The notes beneath the pieces were generated by a model. The model had not been told where the DNA came from and did no database searches. It was given only the letters and a program-made list of their open reading frames with translations. A DNA stretch of 64,000 bases from a virus (Duplodnaviria; Caudoviricetes), in IMG/VR virus record IMGVR_UViG_3300037507_000754, positions 1,367 to 65,366 of that record; one strand, given 5' to 3'. Below, one piece after another: positions 25,732 through 35,735 of this stretch. Position 1 is the first letter of the stretch, and each line of letters begins with the position of its first letter. Position numbers and translations under genes: made by a program.

Positions 25732-25947
25732 ATGATCAAAATTGACTTCTCCTTCGACACTCCTCACGGCAAGTTTGCTGACGCTCTTCATCTGCCTGAC
25801 GATCACGGTTTCAGCGAAGCTGAGATTGAGGCGATGAAGGAGCAGCGCCGAGACAATTGGATTGCCGTGGTGACAGCGCCGCCTGTTGAGGCTGAGCCTG
25901 AGCCAGAGTACATCGAGATTGACGGTGTTCGCTACGTGAAGGCGTAA
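25732..25947 (+). CDS. small acidic protein preceding the giant fibre
   Basis: 71-aa ORF; FADALHLPDDH...MKEQRRDNW. Confidence 0.65.
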   Translation: MIKIDFSFDTPHGKFADALHLPDDHGFSEAEIEAMKEQRRDNWIAVVTAPPVEAEPEPEYIEIDGVRYVKA

Positions 25948-25950
25948 GAG

Positions 25951-28900
25951 ATGGCTGACAGGTACTGGGTTGGTGGTACAGCAGCTTGGGATGGCACTGC
26001 CGGAACCAAGTGGTCAACTACGTCTGGCGGCGGTGGCGGGGCAAGCGTTCCTACCAGCGCTGATGATGTGTTCTTCACGAATCTGTCCTCCGGCACCTGC
26101 ACCATCTCCAGCGGCAACACTGGTGCCAAGTCCATCAACTGCACAGGGTTTACGGGGACGTTGGCAGGTAATGCCGTCATTATCGTCTCTGGTAGCGTCA
26201 CGCTTGATGCGGGCATGACGTTTACTTACAACGGTACGATGACGCTGAATGGTACAGGAACCTTGACCAGCGCAGGCAAGACGTTTGGTCCTGTTAATAT
26301 CAGTGGTAGCGGTATCACGGTGACATTGGGGGGTGCGCTGAATATTGGCGGTAATACACTTACTGTGACTCAAGGAACCCTTGATACTGCAAACTATAAT
26401 CTCACAGCATCTGTTATTTCTTCAGCCAACAGCAATGTCCGAACTATTACTCTGGGTTCGTCTACACTTACTTTAAGTGGCTCTACTCCTATAGGATTTT
26501 CAACAAACACAAATCTTACTTTTAACGCGGGAACTTCTACAATTAATGCAACAGCGGCGGGTCCGACTATTGCTGGCGGCGCTGCTTCTGCTACAGGGGT
26601 TACGTTTTATAATGTAGCATTTGCGGCGGGTGGCTCTGGAATTGATATTAGAGGTATCAATACATTTAATGATTTTACAGTAGCCGCACAGGCGTCCGCA
26701 GGCGTCCGTCAAGTCACCTTCGACTCCCGCCAAACCATCAACGGCACCCTCTCCACCAGCGGCACCGCAGGTAACCGCAGAGTCTGGTTCAGAGGCGTCA
26801 CCTACGGCATCGCCCAAACCCTCACCATCAACGCCACACCGAGCCTGACCGACGCAGACTTCCGAGACATCTACGTCATCGGCACAGCCGCGCCCATCAG
26901 CGGCACGCGTGTTGGCGACTTGAGAGGCTGCAGAGGCATCACCTTCGACACGCCGAAGACGGTGTATTGGAACTTGGCTGCTGGCGGCAACTGGTCTGCC
27001 AACGCTTGGGCTGCAAGCTCTGGTGCTGGTGTCAGCACAGACAACTTCCCATTGGCGCAGGATACCGCTGTCATTGAGAACACGGGGTTGAATACGTCGG
27101 CTACGGTGACGATAGATTCCGCGTTTTCATACACTGGTGCGCTGTCAACGCAGACAAGAACAAATGCTTTTACATTGGGTGGCAGTAACTCAATGACATT
27201 TTATGGGGATTTGACGCTATCCTCCGCCGTCACATTAAGCTATAACGGCACAATAACATTCTCAGGCCGCAACATCCAAACCGTTACCAGCGCTGGGAAA
27301 GCTTTTAACAGCAATTTGGTAATTGACTCGTATGGAGGCAGGGTTGAGCTTGGAGATGCGTTTAGTGTTTCTGGTAACAACCTCACCATCACCAACGGCA
27401 CCTTCGACACCAAGAACTACAACGTCACCGCAGGCTCTCTGGCGTCCAGCAACAGCAACGTCAGGGCGATAACATTGGGGTCGAGTACGGTGACGTTGAG
27501 TGGAACAGGAGTTGCTTTTAATACATCTGTCATAGTAAACTTGACATTTAATGCGGGGACATCGCAATTAAATATGTCTTCGACGGCTTCCAATATAACC
27601 TTAGATGCCGGTGGACTGACACTTTATAATGTGTCTTTTACAGGAGCTTCCTCAAGTTTGCTTACCCACAGCGTAATAGGTACAAATACATTTAATAATT
27701 TAACATTAACTGCCTCCACTTCTGCTGGTTTAACACAATTAGCTTTGGTTGGAAACCAAACCATCACCGGCACCCTCACCGTCGCCGGTGCCACAGCCGT
27801 CCGTCGCATCTTCGTCCGCTCCAACACCCTCGGCACCACCCGCACCCTCACAGTCGGCACGCTCAGTGCCGACGATTGCGACTTCCGCGACATCACCATT
27901 GCAGGCACCGCAGCAGGCTCTTCTCCGACCCGTGCAGGCGACTGTGGCGGCAACAGCGGCATCACCTTCCCTGCGGCGAAGACGGTGTATTGGAACCTTG
28001 CAGGGGCGCAGAACTGGTCTGCAACGGCTTGGGCACCGGGCTCTGGAGGCAGTCCAGACATCAACAACTTCCCGTTGGCGCAGGACACGGCTGTGTTTGA
28101 CAACACTGGCTCTGCTGGGACGGTGACGGTTCAGACGTTCAACGTAGGCACACTTGATACGTCGACCCGCACGACGGCTATGACGCTAAGCGTGGGGCTA
28201 GGGCAAAACCCAACTTTTTACGGGTCTTTGACTTCTGGAACTGGCCTCACTTTTGGTGGCGCTCGAACAGTGTTTTTATCTGGGAGAACCACGCAGACCA
28301 TTACCAGCAACGGCGTTTCTTTTGGCGGCTGGGGCTTTACAATAGATTGTGACGTTGGGACTGTTCAATTAGGGGACGCTCTTGATTTATCGGCAGCTAC
28401 GACCCTGACGCTCACATCTGGCACATTTGATGCTGTGACGTACAACGTCACGACAGGTCTTTTTTCTCAGAACACAAATATAGGTACTATATTAAAAATG
28501 GGGTCTGGTACATGGACGTTATCAGGCACTGGTTCAGTTTGGAATTATCAAACTACTGCTCCCCCAACAGCTTTCTACAAAGGTACTGCAGACATCGTTC
28601 TGTCCGACACCAGCACCACCGCCCGCACCTTCGCAGGCGGCGGTCTCTCCTACAACAAACTCACCATCGGCGGCACCACCGGCACGTCCACTCTCACCAT
28701 CACCGGCAACAACCAATTCACCGAACTCGCCTCCACCAAAACCGTAGCCCACACCATTGCCCTTGGCACCACAACGCAGACCTTCGGCAAATGGACGGTG
28801 ACGGGTACAGTAGGCAACGTCGTCACCCTCACCGGCACAGGCACTGCCCACATCCTCGCTGGAGCTTGCACAGACAGCATTGACTACCTTGCTATGGGCA

Positions 28901-31900
28901 GCATTGGCTTTGCTGCCACAAGCCCTGGTGAGTTCTACGCTGGTGCCAACAGCACAGGCACGGCGGCAGCGCCTGTTTACCGCACAGCCAAGCCTGCTGA
29001 CAGCACGCGCTATTGGGTTGGTGGCACAGGCAACTGGAGCGACACCGCTCGTTGGTCTACGTCGTCTGGCGGCGCTTCTGGCGCTGCTGTGCCACGCAGC
29101 CATGATGATGTTGTCTTCGACAGCCTGTCCAACGCCACAGCCTACACAGCCACGGTGAACGCTGTCACTGGCGGCATTCGCTGCAAAGCCCTCACCATTG
29201 CAGGCCCGTTGGTGGGCAACGTGACGCTGGCAGGCAGCACAGCTATTGTTGGCATTCACGGCAACGTGACGCTGCCTGCGACGGGGTTGACGCGGACGTA
29301 CACAGGCGCTATCACGCTGTCAGGGTCTACGTCGGGGTTGACGTTGACGACTAATGGCGTTGCGTTGGCATCGTCCATTACGCTGGATGGGGTTGGGTGT
29401 GAATGGGTGTTGGGTAGTGCTTTAGATTTGAGCACAGTAGGGGGCTTTACGTTAGTTAATGGAGTTTTTGATTGTGTAACGTACAATTTGACATGTGGGG
29501 GAATTACCTGCAGTTCTTCTAATATAAGAACCTTTGACTTTGGGTCCGGGACTATAACGACTTCTGGTAGTAGTGGCGCATTTGCGTTTGGAACTACGGA
29601 AACTACATCTGCTGATCTTACGATTGTTGCCGGAACTGCGCAAATTAACTGCACTGGAAGCAACCCAACCTTTTCAGGAAATGGCAAAACCTTCTATAAC
29701 GTTGCATTTACTAACACATCCGCAGGCACCGTCACCCTCAACGGAGCCAACACCTTCAACGACCTGTCCTTCACCGGCATCACCTCTACTGGCTTGAAGA
29801 TCATCAGCGTCACAGCCAACCAGACCATCACAGGCACCTTCACCTGCTCAGCAGGCACCAACGCCACGAGGCGTCACATCGTTCGCTCTAACATCATCGG
29901 CACCACACGCACATTGACCTGCGCGGCTGTCAGCCTCACTGACGTTGACTTCAGAGACATCACCATAGCCGGTGTAGCAGCGCCAGCAACGGGGACACGC
30001 ATTGGCGATTGCAAGGGCAACAGCGGCATCACGTTCACGGCTGCGGCGAACAAGTATTGGAACCTTGCTGCTGGCGGCAACTGGGGCGGCTCTATCGGCT
30101 GGGCTACGTCAAGCGGCGGCACACCAAACATCAACGACTTCCCGTTGGCACAGGACACCTGCTTTTTTGAAGCTACAGGGCTGAACAGCGGAGCCACCAT
30201 CACCGTCAACCAAGACTACAACATCGGCACCATCGACATGTCGGCTAGGACGACGAATACGATGACGTTGGGGGCGGCGGCGGGGGCCACAATCTACGGC
30301 AACTGGATCAATGGTACAGGCACGACGTTGACGGGAACTGGCACATTGATTTTTGTGGGCCGTGGTAGTCAAACAATAACTAGCGCCGGAAAGATATTTA
30401 CACAAGGTTTTACCATTGACAATCCTACAGGTTCTGTGACGCTACAAGATGCCTTTCAAACAAATTTTAATTCAGCAACTGCACTAATAATAAGTGCTGG
30501 AACGTTTAATGCAGTTACATACAATGTGACGCTATCTGGAGCTACTTCGTCGTTGCGTTCGTTTACTTCAAGCACAAGAACCGTTGGCATAGGTTCAGGA
30601 ACATGGACTATTGCGGGTTCAGGAAATGCGGTGGACGCGAGTACCTCCACCAACCTCACCGTCACCGGAACCGGCACCATCAGCCTCACCTCCGCATCAG
30701 CCAAAACCTTCGCAGGCGGCAGCGCCTCCTACAGCGGCATCACCCTCAACCAAGGCGGCGCAGGCACTCTCACCATCAGCGGCAACAACACCTTCGCCAA
30801 CATCACCAACACCTACAAGGCCACTGGTGCCACCACCATCGCCTTCGGCACCACAACGCAGCGTGTAGGCAATTTCACCGCTGCTGGTGAAGCCGGAAGA
30901 GTGTTGACGCTGACGGGTACGTCTGCCGCCTCCCCTGCGACGCTGGTGCTAACCTCGGGCACGGTGACCACGCCTGACTACCTGACGATCACCGGCATCC
31001 GCGCCTACGATCTGAACACCACGTGGTACGCCGGGGCCAACTCGACCAACAACGGCTCGCTGGGCTGGCTGTTCGAGGCCGCAGGCGGCACGACGTTCAA
31101 CGTCTCCTTCTCCGACACCGCCACGGGCGACGATGCGCTAAGTGCGGCGTGCATTTTCCTTTCTGCAACTTCTGAGAGCGCTACCGGCTCTGATACGGCA
31201 ACTGTTGCTGGCTCAACGTTCAACACACTACTGAGCGAAACAGCTACCGGTCAGGACACAACGTCTGCCACGGCGACCTTCAACGCCTCGTTGACCGACA
31301 CCACCACTGGTTCAGACACCATTTCCGCAGGCCTTGTGTTCGCCGTATCGCTTTCCGACACCGCTACGGGTGCGGATGCCATTTCCGCAGGGCTTGTGTT
31401 CGCTGTATCACTCTCCGACACGGCCACAGGTGCGGATACCTTCAGCGCAGTTGCAACGCTCGGCGCCGCCTTCTCTGACACCGCCACGGGTGCGGATGCT
31501 TCGTCGGTAGTCGCGTCTGTTTTCGGCGCCCAAACCGCTGAAACTGCTGGTATACAAGATACGCTTACCGTTACGGCGAGTCTTAGCGTTGCTCTTTCTG
31601 ACGCGGCATCTCTTGTAGATTCTCCCACTACCCTGGTGGACTTCACGTCATCATTTGCCGACACCGCCGTAGCGTCCGATGGGATTGCCGCTGGGTATGC
31701 AGTTCTAACGGTTGTTTCTGAATCGGCTACAGGTGCTGATGCTTTCGTTGTCGCTGCGTCGGTCTTTACCCCCAGCTTCACGGATACAGTAACAGGCACT
31801 GACGCAGTTGTAGTTCTCGCGTCGTCGTTTAGCGCCGAGGTTTCGGACATCGTTGTAGGTACGGACGCGCCAGATGCAGCGGGTTCGGTCTTCGGTTCGA

Positions 31901-32751
31901 GCCTGTCTGACACGGCAACCCTTTTCGATCTGCCCTCGGTAGCGGCCTCGGCCTTCGGCGCGGCGCTCAGTGATACGGTCACGGGTGCGGATGCTCCTGC
32001 GGCGGTGGTGATCTTCCCGGTGTCTTTTTCGGACACCGCCACGGGCGCGGATGCCCTCGCCGCGCAGATGTCCTTCGCCACGTCCCTCAGCGAGACGGCA
32101 ACGCTCAGCGACACCGCCGCCGTAGCAGCGTCGATCTTCAATCCAGCAGTGCAGGAGCTTGCCCTGGCACTGGATATCCCGGCTGTTGCGGCGTCGACCT
32201 TCGGTGCGGTCTTGAACGAGACGGTGCAGGCGCAGGATGTACCTGCGGCACTGATGGTGTTCCCGGTGTCTTTCTCCGACACGGCTACAGCCGCCGATGC
32301 GCTGGCCGCGCAGATGGTGTTTGCCACGGCTGTGGCCGAGCTTGCAACGGGCTCCGACGCTACCTCCGTGCTCGTCATCTTCGTCTCTTCGGTCAGTGAG
32401 ACGGCCTCGGGGCTTGACGCCCCTGCTGTCGCAGCGTCGACCTTCAACGCGAGCTTCAGCGCCTCGGCGATTGGGCAGGGCACTCCTGCCGTGGCCGGTT
32501 CGACCTTCAATGTCTCGCTCAGCGAGACCGGCGCGATCACCGACGTCGTCGTTGGGGGCTACCTCTGGAATCCGATAGATGACACCCAGAGCGCAAACTG
32601 GCAGAATGTGGTAGATGCGCAGTCTGCGGGCTGGACGAGCGTGAACGACGCGCAGTCTGCGGGTTGGGTACAAGTCACCGACGCGCAGTCCCCGGGATGG
32701 GTGCAGATCAACGACGCGCAGGGCCCGAACTGGGTCGAGATCCAAACTTGA
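25951..32751 (+). CDS. giant modular tail fibre / adhesin-like beta-solenoid protein (2266 aa)
   Basis: Five ~340-aa modules starting YWVGG or YWNLA, then ~20-aa SDTATGxD repeats and 11-aa DAQSxxW repeats. Confidence 0.75.
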   Translation: MADRYWVGGTAAWDGTAGTKWSTTSGGGGGASVPTSADDVFFTNLSSGTCTISSGNTGAKSINCTGFTGTLAGNAVIIVSGSVTLDAGMTFTYNGTMTLNGTGTLTSAGKTFGPVNISGSGITVTLGGALNIGGNTLTVTQGTLDTANYNLTASVISSANSNVRTITLGSSTLTLSGSTPIGFSTNTNLTFNAGTSTINATAAGPTIAGGAASATGVTFYNVAFAAGGSGIDIRGINTFNDFTVAAQASAGVRQVTFDSRQTINGTLSTSGTAGNRRVWFRGVTYGIAQTLTINATPSLTDADFRDIYVIGTAAPISGTRVGDLRGCRGITFDTPKTVYWNLAAGGNWSANAWAASSGAGVSTDNFPLAQDTAVIENTGLNTSATVTIDSAFSYTGALSTQTRTNAFTLGGSNSMTFYGDLTLSSAVTLSYNGTITFSGRNIQTVTSAGKAFNSNLVIDSYGGRVELGDAFSVSGNNLTITNGTFDTKNYNVTAGSLASSNSNVRAITLGSSTVTLSGTGVAFNTSVIVNLTFNAGTSQLNMSSTASNITLDAGGLTLYNVSFTGASSSLLTHSVIGTNTFNNLTLTASTSAGLTQLALVGNQTITGTLTVAGATAVRRIFVRSNTLGTTRTLTVGTLSADDCDFRDITIAGTAAGSSPTRAGDCGGNSGITFPAAKTVYWNLAGAQNWSATAWAPGSGGSPDINNFPLAQDTAVFDNTGSAGTVTVQTFNVGTLDTSTRTTAMTLSVGLGQNPTFYGSLTSGTGLTFGGARTVFLSGRTTQTITSNGVSFGGWGFTIDCDVGTVQLGDALDLSAATTLTLTSGTFDAVTYNVTTGLFSQNTNIGTILKMGSGTWTLSGTGSVWNYQTTAPPTAFYKGTADIVLSDTSTTARTFAGGGLSYNKLTIGGTTGTSTLTITGNNQFTELASTKTVAHTIALGTTTQTFGKWTVTGTVGNVVTLTGTGTAHILAGACTDSIDYLAMGSIGFAATSPGEFYAGANSTGTAAAPVYRTAKPADSTRYWVGGTGNWSDTARWSTSSGGASGAAVPRSHDDVVFDSLSNATAYTATVNAVTGGIRCKALTIAGPLVGNVTLAGSTAIVGIHGNVTLPATGLTRTYTGAITLSGSTSGLTLTTNGVALASSITLDGVGCEWVLGSALDLSTVGGFTLVNGVFDCVTYNLTCGGITCSSSNIRTFDFGSGTITTSGSSGAFAFGTTETTSADLTIVAGTAQINCTGSNPTFSGNGKTFYNVAFTNTSAGTVTLNGANTFNDLSFTGITSTGLKIISVTANQTITGTFTCSAGTNATRRHIVRSNIIGTTRTLTCAAVSLTDVDFRDITIAGVAAPATGTRIGDCKGNSGITFTAAANKYWNLAAGGNWGGSIGWATSSGGTPNINDFPLAQDTCFFEATGLNSGATITVNQDYNIGTIDMSARTTNTMTLGAAAGATIYGNWINGTGTTLTGTGTLIFVGRGSQTITSAGKIFTQGFTIDNPTGSVTLQDAFQTNFNSATALIISAGTFNAVTYNVTLSGATSSLRSFTSSTRTVGIGSGTWTIAGSGNAVDASTSTNLTVTGTGTISLTSASAKTFAGGSASYSGITLNQGGAGTLTISGNNTFANITNTYKATGATTIAFGTTTQRVGNFTAAGEAGRVLTLTGTSAASPATLVLTSGTVTTPDYLTITGIRAYDLNTTWYAGANSTNNGSLGWLFEAAGGTTFNVSFSDTATGDDALSAACIFLSATSESATGSDTATVAGSTFNTLLSETATGQDTTSATATFNASLTDTTTGSDTISAGLVFAVSLSDTATGADAISAGLVFAVSLSDTATGADTFSAVATLGAAFSDTATGADASSVVASVFGAQTAETAGIQDTLTVTASLSVALSDAASLVDSPTTLVDFTSSFADTAVASDGIAAGYAVLTVVSESATGADAFVVAASVFTPSFTDTVTGTDAVVVLASSFSAEVSDIVVGTDAPDAAGSVFGSSLSDTATLFDLPSVAASAFGAALSDTVTGADAPAAVVIFPVSFSDTATGADALAAQMSFATSLSETATLSDTAAVAASIFNPAVQELALALDIPAVAASTFGAVLNETVQAQDVPAALMVFPVSFSDTATAADALAAQMVFATAVAELATGSDATSVLVIFVSSVSETASGLDAPAVAASTFNASFSASAIGQGTPAVAGSTFNVSLSETGAITDVVVGGYLWNPIDDTQSANWQNVVDAQSAGWTSVNDAQSAGWVQVTDAQSPGWVQINDAQGPNWVEIQT

Positions 32752-32758
32752 GGTCATC

Positions 32759-34051
32759 ATGACGACGTTCACCACGAATCTGCGACTGACCCAGCCTGCC
32801 TTGAGTTCTACAGGTTGGGGTACGACGGTCAACAACGGGATCACGGCGCTGGTGGATGTGGCGGTTTCCGGTGTTGAGACTGTCGACGTTACGGCAGGCA
32901 ATGTGTCGATGACCATTGACGACGGCGCACAAAGCGTAAACGATGCCCGCAACATGTTTATTGTTGTAGGGGGTACGCTCCCCGCAAACCGCACGGTCAC
33001 GGTCCCTACCAACAGCAAGCTGTATTTTGTTCATAACAACACCTCTGGCGCTTACACGCTTTCTTTTCAGGCCACCGCAGGTGTGCTCGTCCCGCAGGGA
33101 AAGAAGGTGCCGTTATACAGCGACGGTACAGACATCCTTTACGCCTTTGACCACCTTGGGTCGCTGACCCTTGGAACCGCTCTTGCCGCGACCTCTGGGG
33201 GCACTGGGCAGAGCAGCTACGCTGTGGGCGATCTGCTGTACGCGGGCACAACCACGACGCTTGCCAAGCTCGCCAGTGTTGCCACGGGCAACGTGCTGCG
33301 TGCCGGGGGTGTGGGTACCGCGCCTGCTTGGGGCAAGGTCGACTTGACGACGGACGTGACTGGGGTGTTGCCGGCGGCGAACGGGGGGACGGGGCTGTCG
33401 GTGTTCCCTGCGCCTGGGACGCTGGGAAATGTGCTGTATTCGGACGGGACGGATTGGACGGCGGCAGACCTGTCGACGCTTGTCCCTGACGCCTCAGATA
33501 CCGCTAAGGGTGTCGTCGAACTCGCCACCACGGCAGAGGTGCAAACGGGCACCGACACGACGCGAGCGATTACGCCTGCTGGGCTGCGGGGCGGGGCTTT
33601 GGTGCGGATGACGGCGCAGCCTACGACATCTGGAACGTCGATCACTTTTACCGGTATTCCCTCGTGGGTAAAGCGCATTACGGTGATGTTGTCTGCGGTA
33701 AGTACTAGCGGATCTAATAACTTGCTTGTTCGTATTGGGGATTCTGGCGGGATTGAAACTACCAGCTACGCCTCTTGTGCGCAGCTTGGTGCTGGGGCGG
33801 CTACAGATACGACAGGTTTCATCATAACTAGGACAATCCTTAGCACTTCTACTACTTCTGGTATGGTAGTATTGACAAATATAGACGGTAATACTTGGAC
33901 AATGTCTGCAAACATATTTGAAACTGCCGGATCTACTACTTCTTCTGCGGGCGTCAAAACACTATCTGACGTATTGACACAACTAAGTTTTACTAATGTG
34001 AATAGTGCAGATACTTTCGACGCTGGCTCCGTTAATGTCATGTACGAGTAA
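32759..34051 (+). CDS. tail fibre protein
   Basis: WGTTVNN anchor-like N-terminus, GGTG fibre repeats, ASDTAKGVVELAT repeat, lower-GC C-terminal domain. Confidence 0.75.
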   Translation: MTTFTTNLRLTQPALSSTGWGTTVNNGITALVDVAVSGVETVDVTAGNVSMTIDDGAQSVNDARNMFIVVGGTLPANRTVTVPTNSKLYFVHNNTSGAYTLSFQATAGVLVPQGKKVPLYSDGTDILYAFDHLGSLTLGTALAATSGGTGQSSYAVGDLLYAGTTTTLAKLASVATGNVLRAGGVGTAPAWGKVDLTTDVTGVLPAANGGTGLSVFPAPGTLGNVLYSDGTDWTAADLSTLVPDASDTAKGVVELATTAEVQTGTDTTRAITPAGLRGGALVRMTAQPTTSGTSITFTGIPSWVKRITVMLSAVSTSGSNNLLVRIGDSGGIETTSYASCAQLGAGAATDTTGFIITRTILSTSTTSGMVVLTNIDGNTWTMSANIFETAGSTTSSAGVKTLSDVLTQLSFTNVNSADTFDAGSVNVMYE

Positions 34052-34054
34052 CCC

Positions 34055-34315
34055 ATGAACGCCCTCGCCGTCGCGTTGCTGCTCGCAGTGGCTCCTGCCC
34101 CCATAGCGGAGTACCGTGAAGGCGATGCGCGAGTGGAACTCTACGCCGAGGCAGGCCCCTGCGTAGGGAGCGCTCGGTGGGCGGTGTACCTCCAACCCCC
34201 GGTGCGTGTGCCAGGGTGCTGGCTTTGGGTGGGAGAGTCTGTTCAAATCGCGTGGCTGGACGGGGACTTCAGCAAAGTTCCTGCACGTGTGTTTCGTAAG
34301 CCGGAGTTGCTCTGA
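34055..34315 (+). CDS. small protein with a signal-peptide-like N-terminus
   Basis: MNALAVALLLAVA hydrophobic leader; two Cys. Confidence 0.55.
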   Translation: MNALAVALLLAVAPAPIAEYREGDARVELYAEAGPCVGSARWAVYLQPPVRVPGCWLWVGESVQIAWLDGDFSKVPARVFRKPELL

Positions 34316-34725
34316 TGGAACCGATTGATCTGAAGACCTTGAAAGCCCAGGCAGAGGTCGAACTCAACCGCCTGGAGGCCCAGGCTACGGCCAAGGAAGT
34401 TGCCGCCAAGGCCATAGGCAAGACGGCCATCATCTGGATCTTCCTGCTGGTGCTGGTCGGCGTGGTGTCGTCAGCCTTCCTCGCATCCGAAGCGCTGCCT
34501 GCTGTCATCGGCCTTGTGGCAACCGCCACGATGGCTCTGATCCAGATGGTCAACGGCATCGTCAACGAGACCAAGAAGGAAGAGAAGCCTGAGATCACCA
34601 TCATCAAGGAGCTGATCGACCGACTGGACAAGCCTGAGCGGCAGGAGCCGCCCATGAAGGTCAATGTGGAAGGTGACAAGGTCACTGTTCAGCGTGGCGA
34701 TGATGTGATCACGACCAAGGGGTAA
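34315..34725 (+). CDS. two-TM membrane protein in the lysis module
   Basis: Two hydrophobic helices; upstream of the holin and lysozyme. Confidence 0.6.
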   Translation: MEPIDLKTLKAQAEVELNRLEAQATAKEVAAKAIGKTAIIWIFLLVLVGVVSSAFLASEALPAVIGLVATATMALIQMVNGIVNETKKEEKPEITIIKELIDRLDKPERQEPPMKVNVEGDKVTVQRGDDVITTKG

Positions 34726-34727
34726 AC

Positions 34728-35231
34728 ATGCTGAGTCTTTTCTCCACCCTCGGCGGCTTGCTCATCAGCGGCCTACCCAAGCTCCTTGAGTTCTTCCAGA
34801 ACAAGAGCGATCAGAAGCACGAACTTGCACTGACCCGCGTCCAGATGGAGCGCGAGTTGCAGCTCGCGGCTCAGGGATATGCCGCCCAAGCCAAGATGGA
34901 GGAGATCCGCACTGAGCAGGTAGCGATGCAGACTGAGGCGCAGATGACCGAAGCTGCGCTCAAGCATGACGAGAAGGTGTTGGAGAAAGCCAGCCGCTGG
35001 GTTGCAAACTACGTGGGGACCGTGCGCCCCACGGTGACCTACATCTTCATCATTGAGCTTGTGCTGATCAACGCTGCGCTGACGCTCTATGTCTGGAAGC
35101 ACCCTGGCCTGATCCAAAGCGTTGACGACCTGATCCGCGTGACTGCGATCATTTTCAGCGAGGACGAGATGGCGATGTTGGGCGGGATCATCGGGTTCTG
35201 GTTCGGCAGCAGGCAGTGGAGCAAGAAGTGA
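34728..35231 (+). CDS. holin-like protein (3TM / gene-transfer-release type)
   Basis: VRPTVTY...IIGFWFGSR motif; adjacent to the endolysin. Confidence 0.7.
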   Translation: MLSLFSTLGGLLISGLPKLLEFFQNKSDQKHELALTRVQMERELQLAAQGYAAQAKMEEIRTEQVAMQTEAQMTEAALKHDEKVLEKASRWVANYVGTVRPTVTYIFIIELVLINAALTLYVWKHPGLIQSVDDLIRVTAIIFSEDEMAMLGGIIGFWFGSRQWSKK

Positions 35232-35731
35232 AGGTGAGTCCAGAGGGGAGTGCTTTGATGCACAGGTATGAGGGCTACAGGACAAAGCCCTACCTGTGCC
35301 CTGCGCACATCTGGACTATTGGCTACGGCCATGTCTTGTATCAGGATCAGATCCGTCTACCTATGGTTCGGAAGGATGAATATGCCGGGCTCATCAGGAA
35401 GGAATACCCCCTCAAGCCAGAAGACAACCGTGTCTGGTCCAAGGAAGAGATCGAGAAACTATTCTCGATGGATGTCGCTGCTTTTGAACGAGGTGTTCTT
35501 CGTCTGGTTCCCGGCTGTGTTGGTCATCAAGGGCGCTTCGACGCTCTGGTCAGTTTTTCGTTCAACGCAGGGCTAGGCAATCTACAGCGTAGTCAGATCC
35601 GCATGAAGGCCAACCGTGGGGATATTGGAGGTGCCGCTGATGCGTTCATGCAGTGGACAAAGGGTGGCGGTAGGGAACTCCCGGGTCTTGTCAAGCGGCG
35701 CAAAGATGAGCGTGCGCTGTTTCTGAGGTAA
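35228..35731 (+). CDS. endolysin, GH24 phage lysozyme
   Basis: YEG...YLCPA.IWTIGYGH...FDALVSFSFNAG...LPGLVKRRKDE. Confidence 0.92.
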   Translation: MKVSPEGSALMHRYEGYRTKPYLCPAHIWTIGYGHVLYQDQIRLPMVRKDEYAGLIRKEYPLKPEDNRVWSKEEIEKLFSMDVAAFERGVLRLVPGCVGHQGRFDALVSFSFNAGLGNLQRSQIRMKANRGDIGGAADAFMQWTKGGGRELPGLVKRRKDERALFLR

Positions 35732-35735
35732 CACC

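Noticed and set aside
25951-34051. Diversity-generating retroelement or shufflon acting on the fibres
   Set aside because: No reverse transcriptase, no TR/VR pair differing only at adenines, and no invertase or inverted crossover sites were seen.
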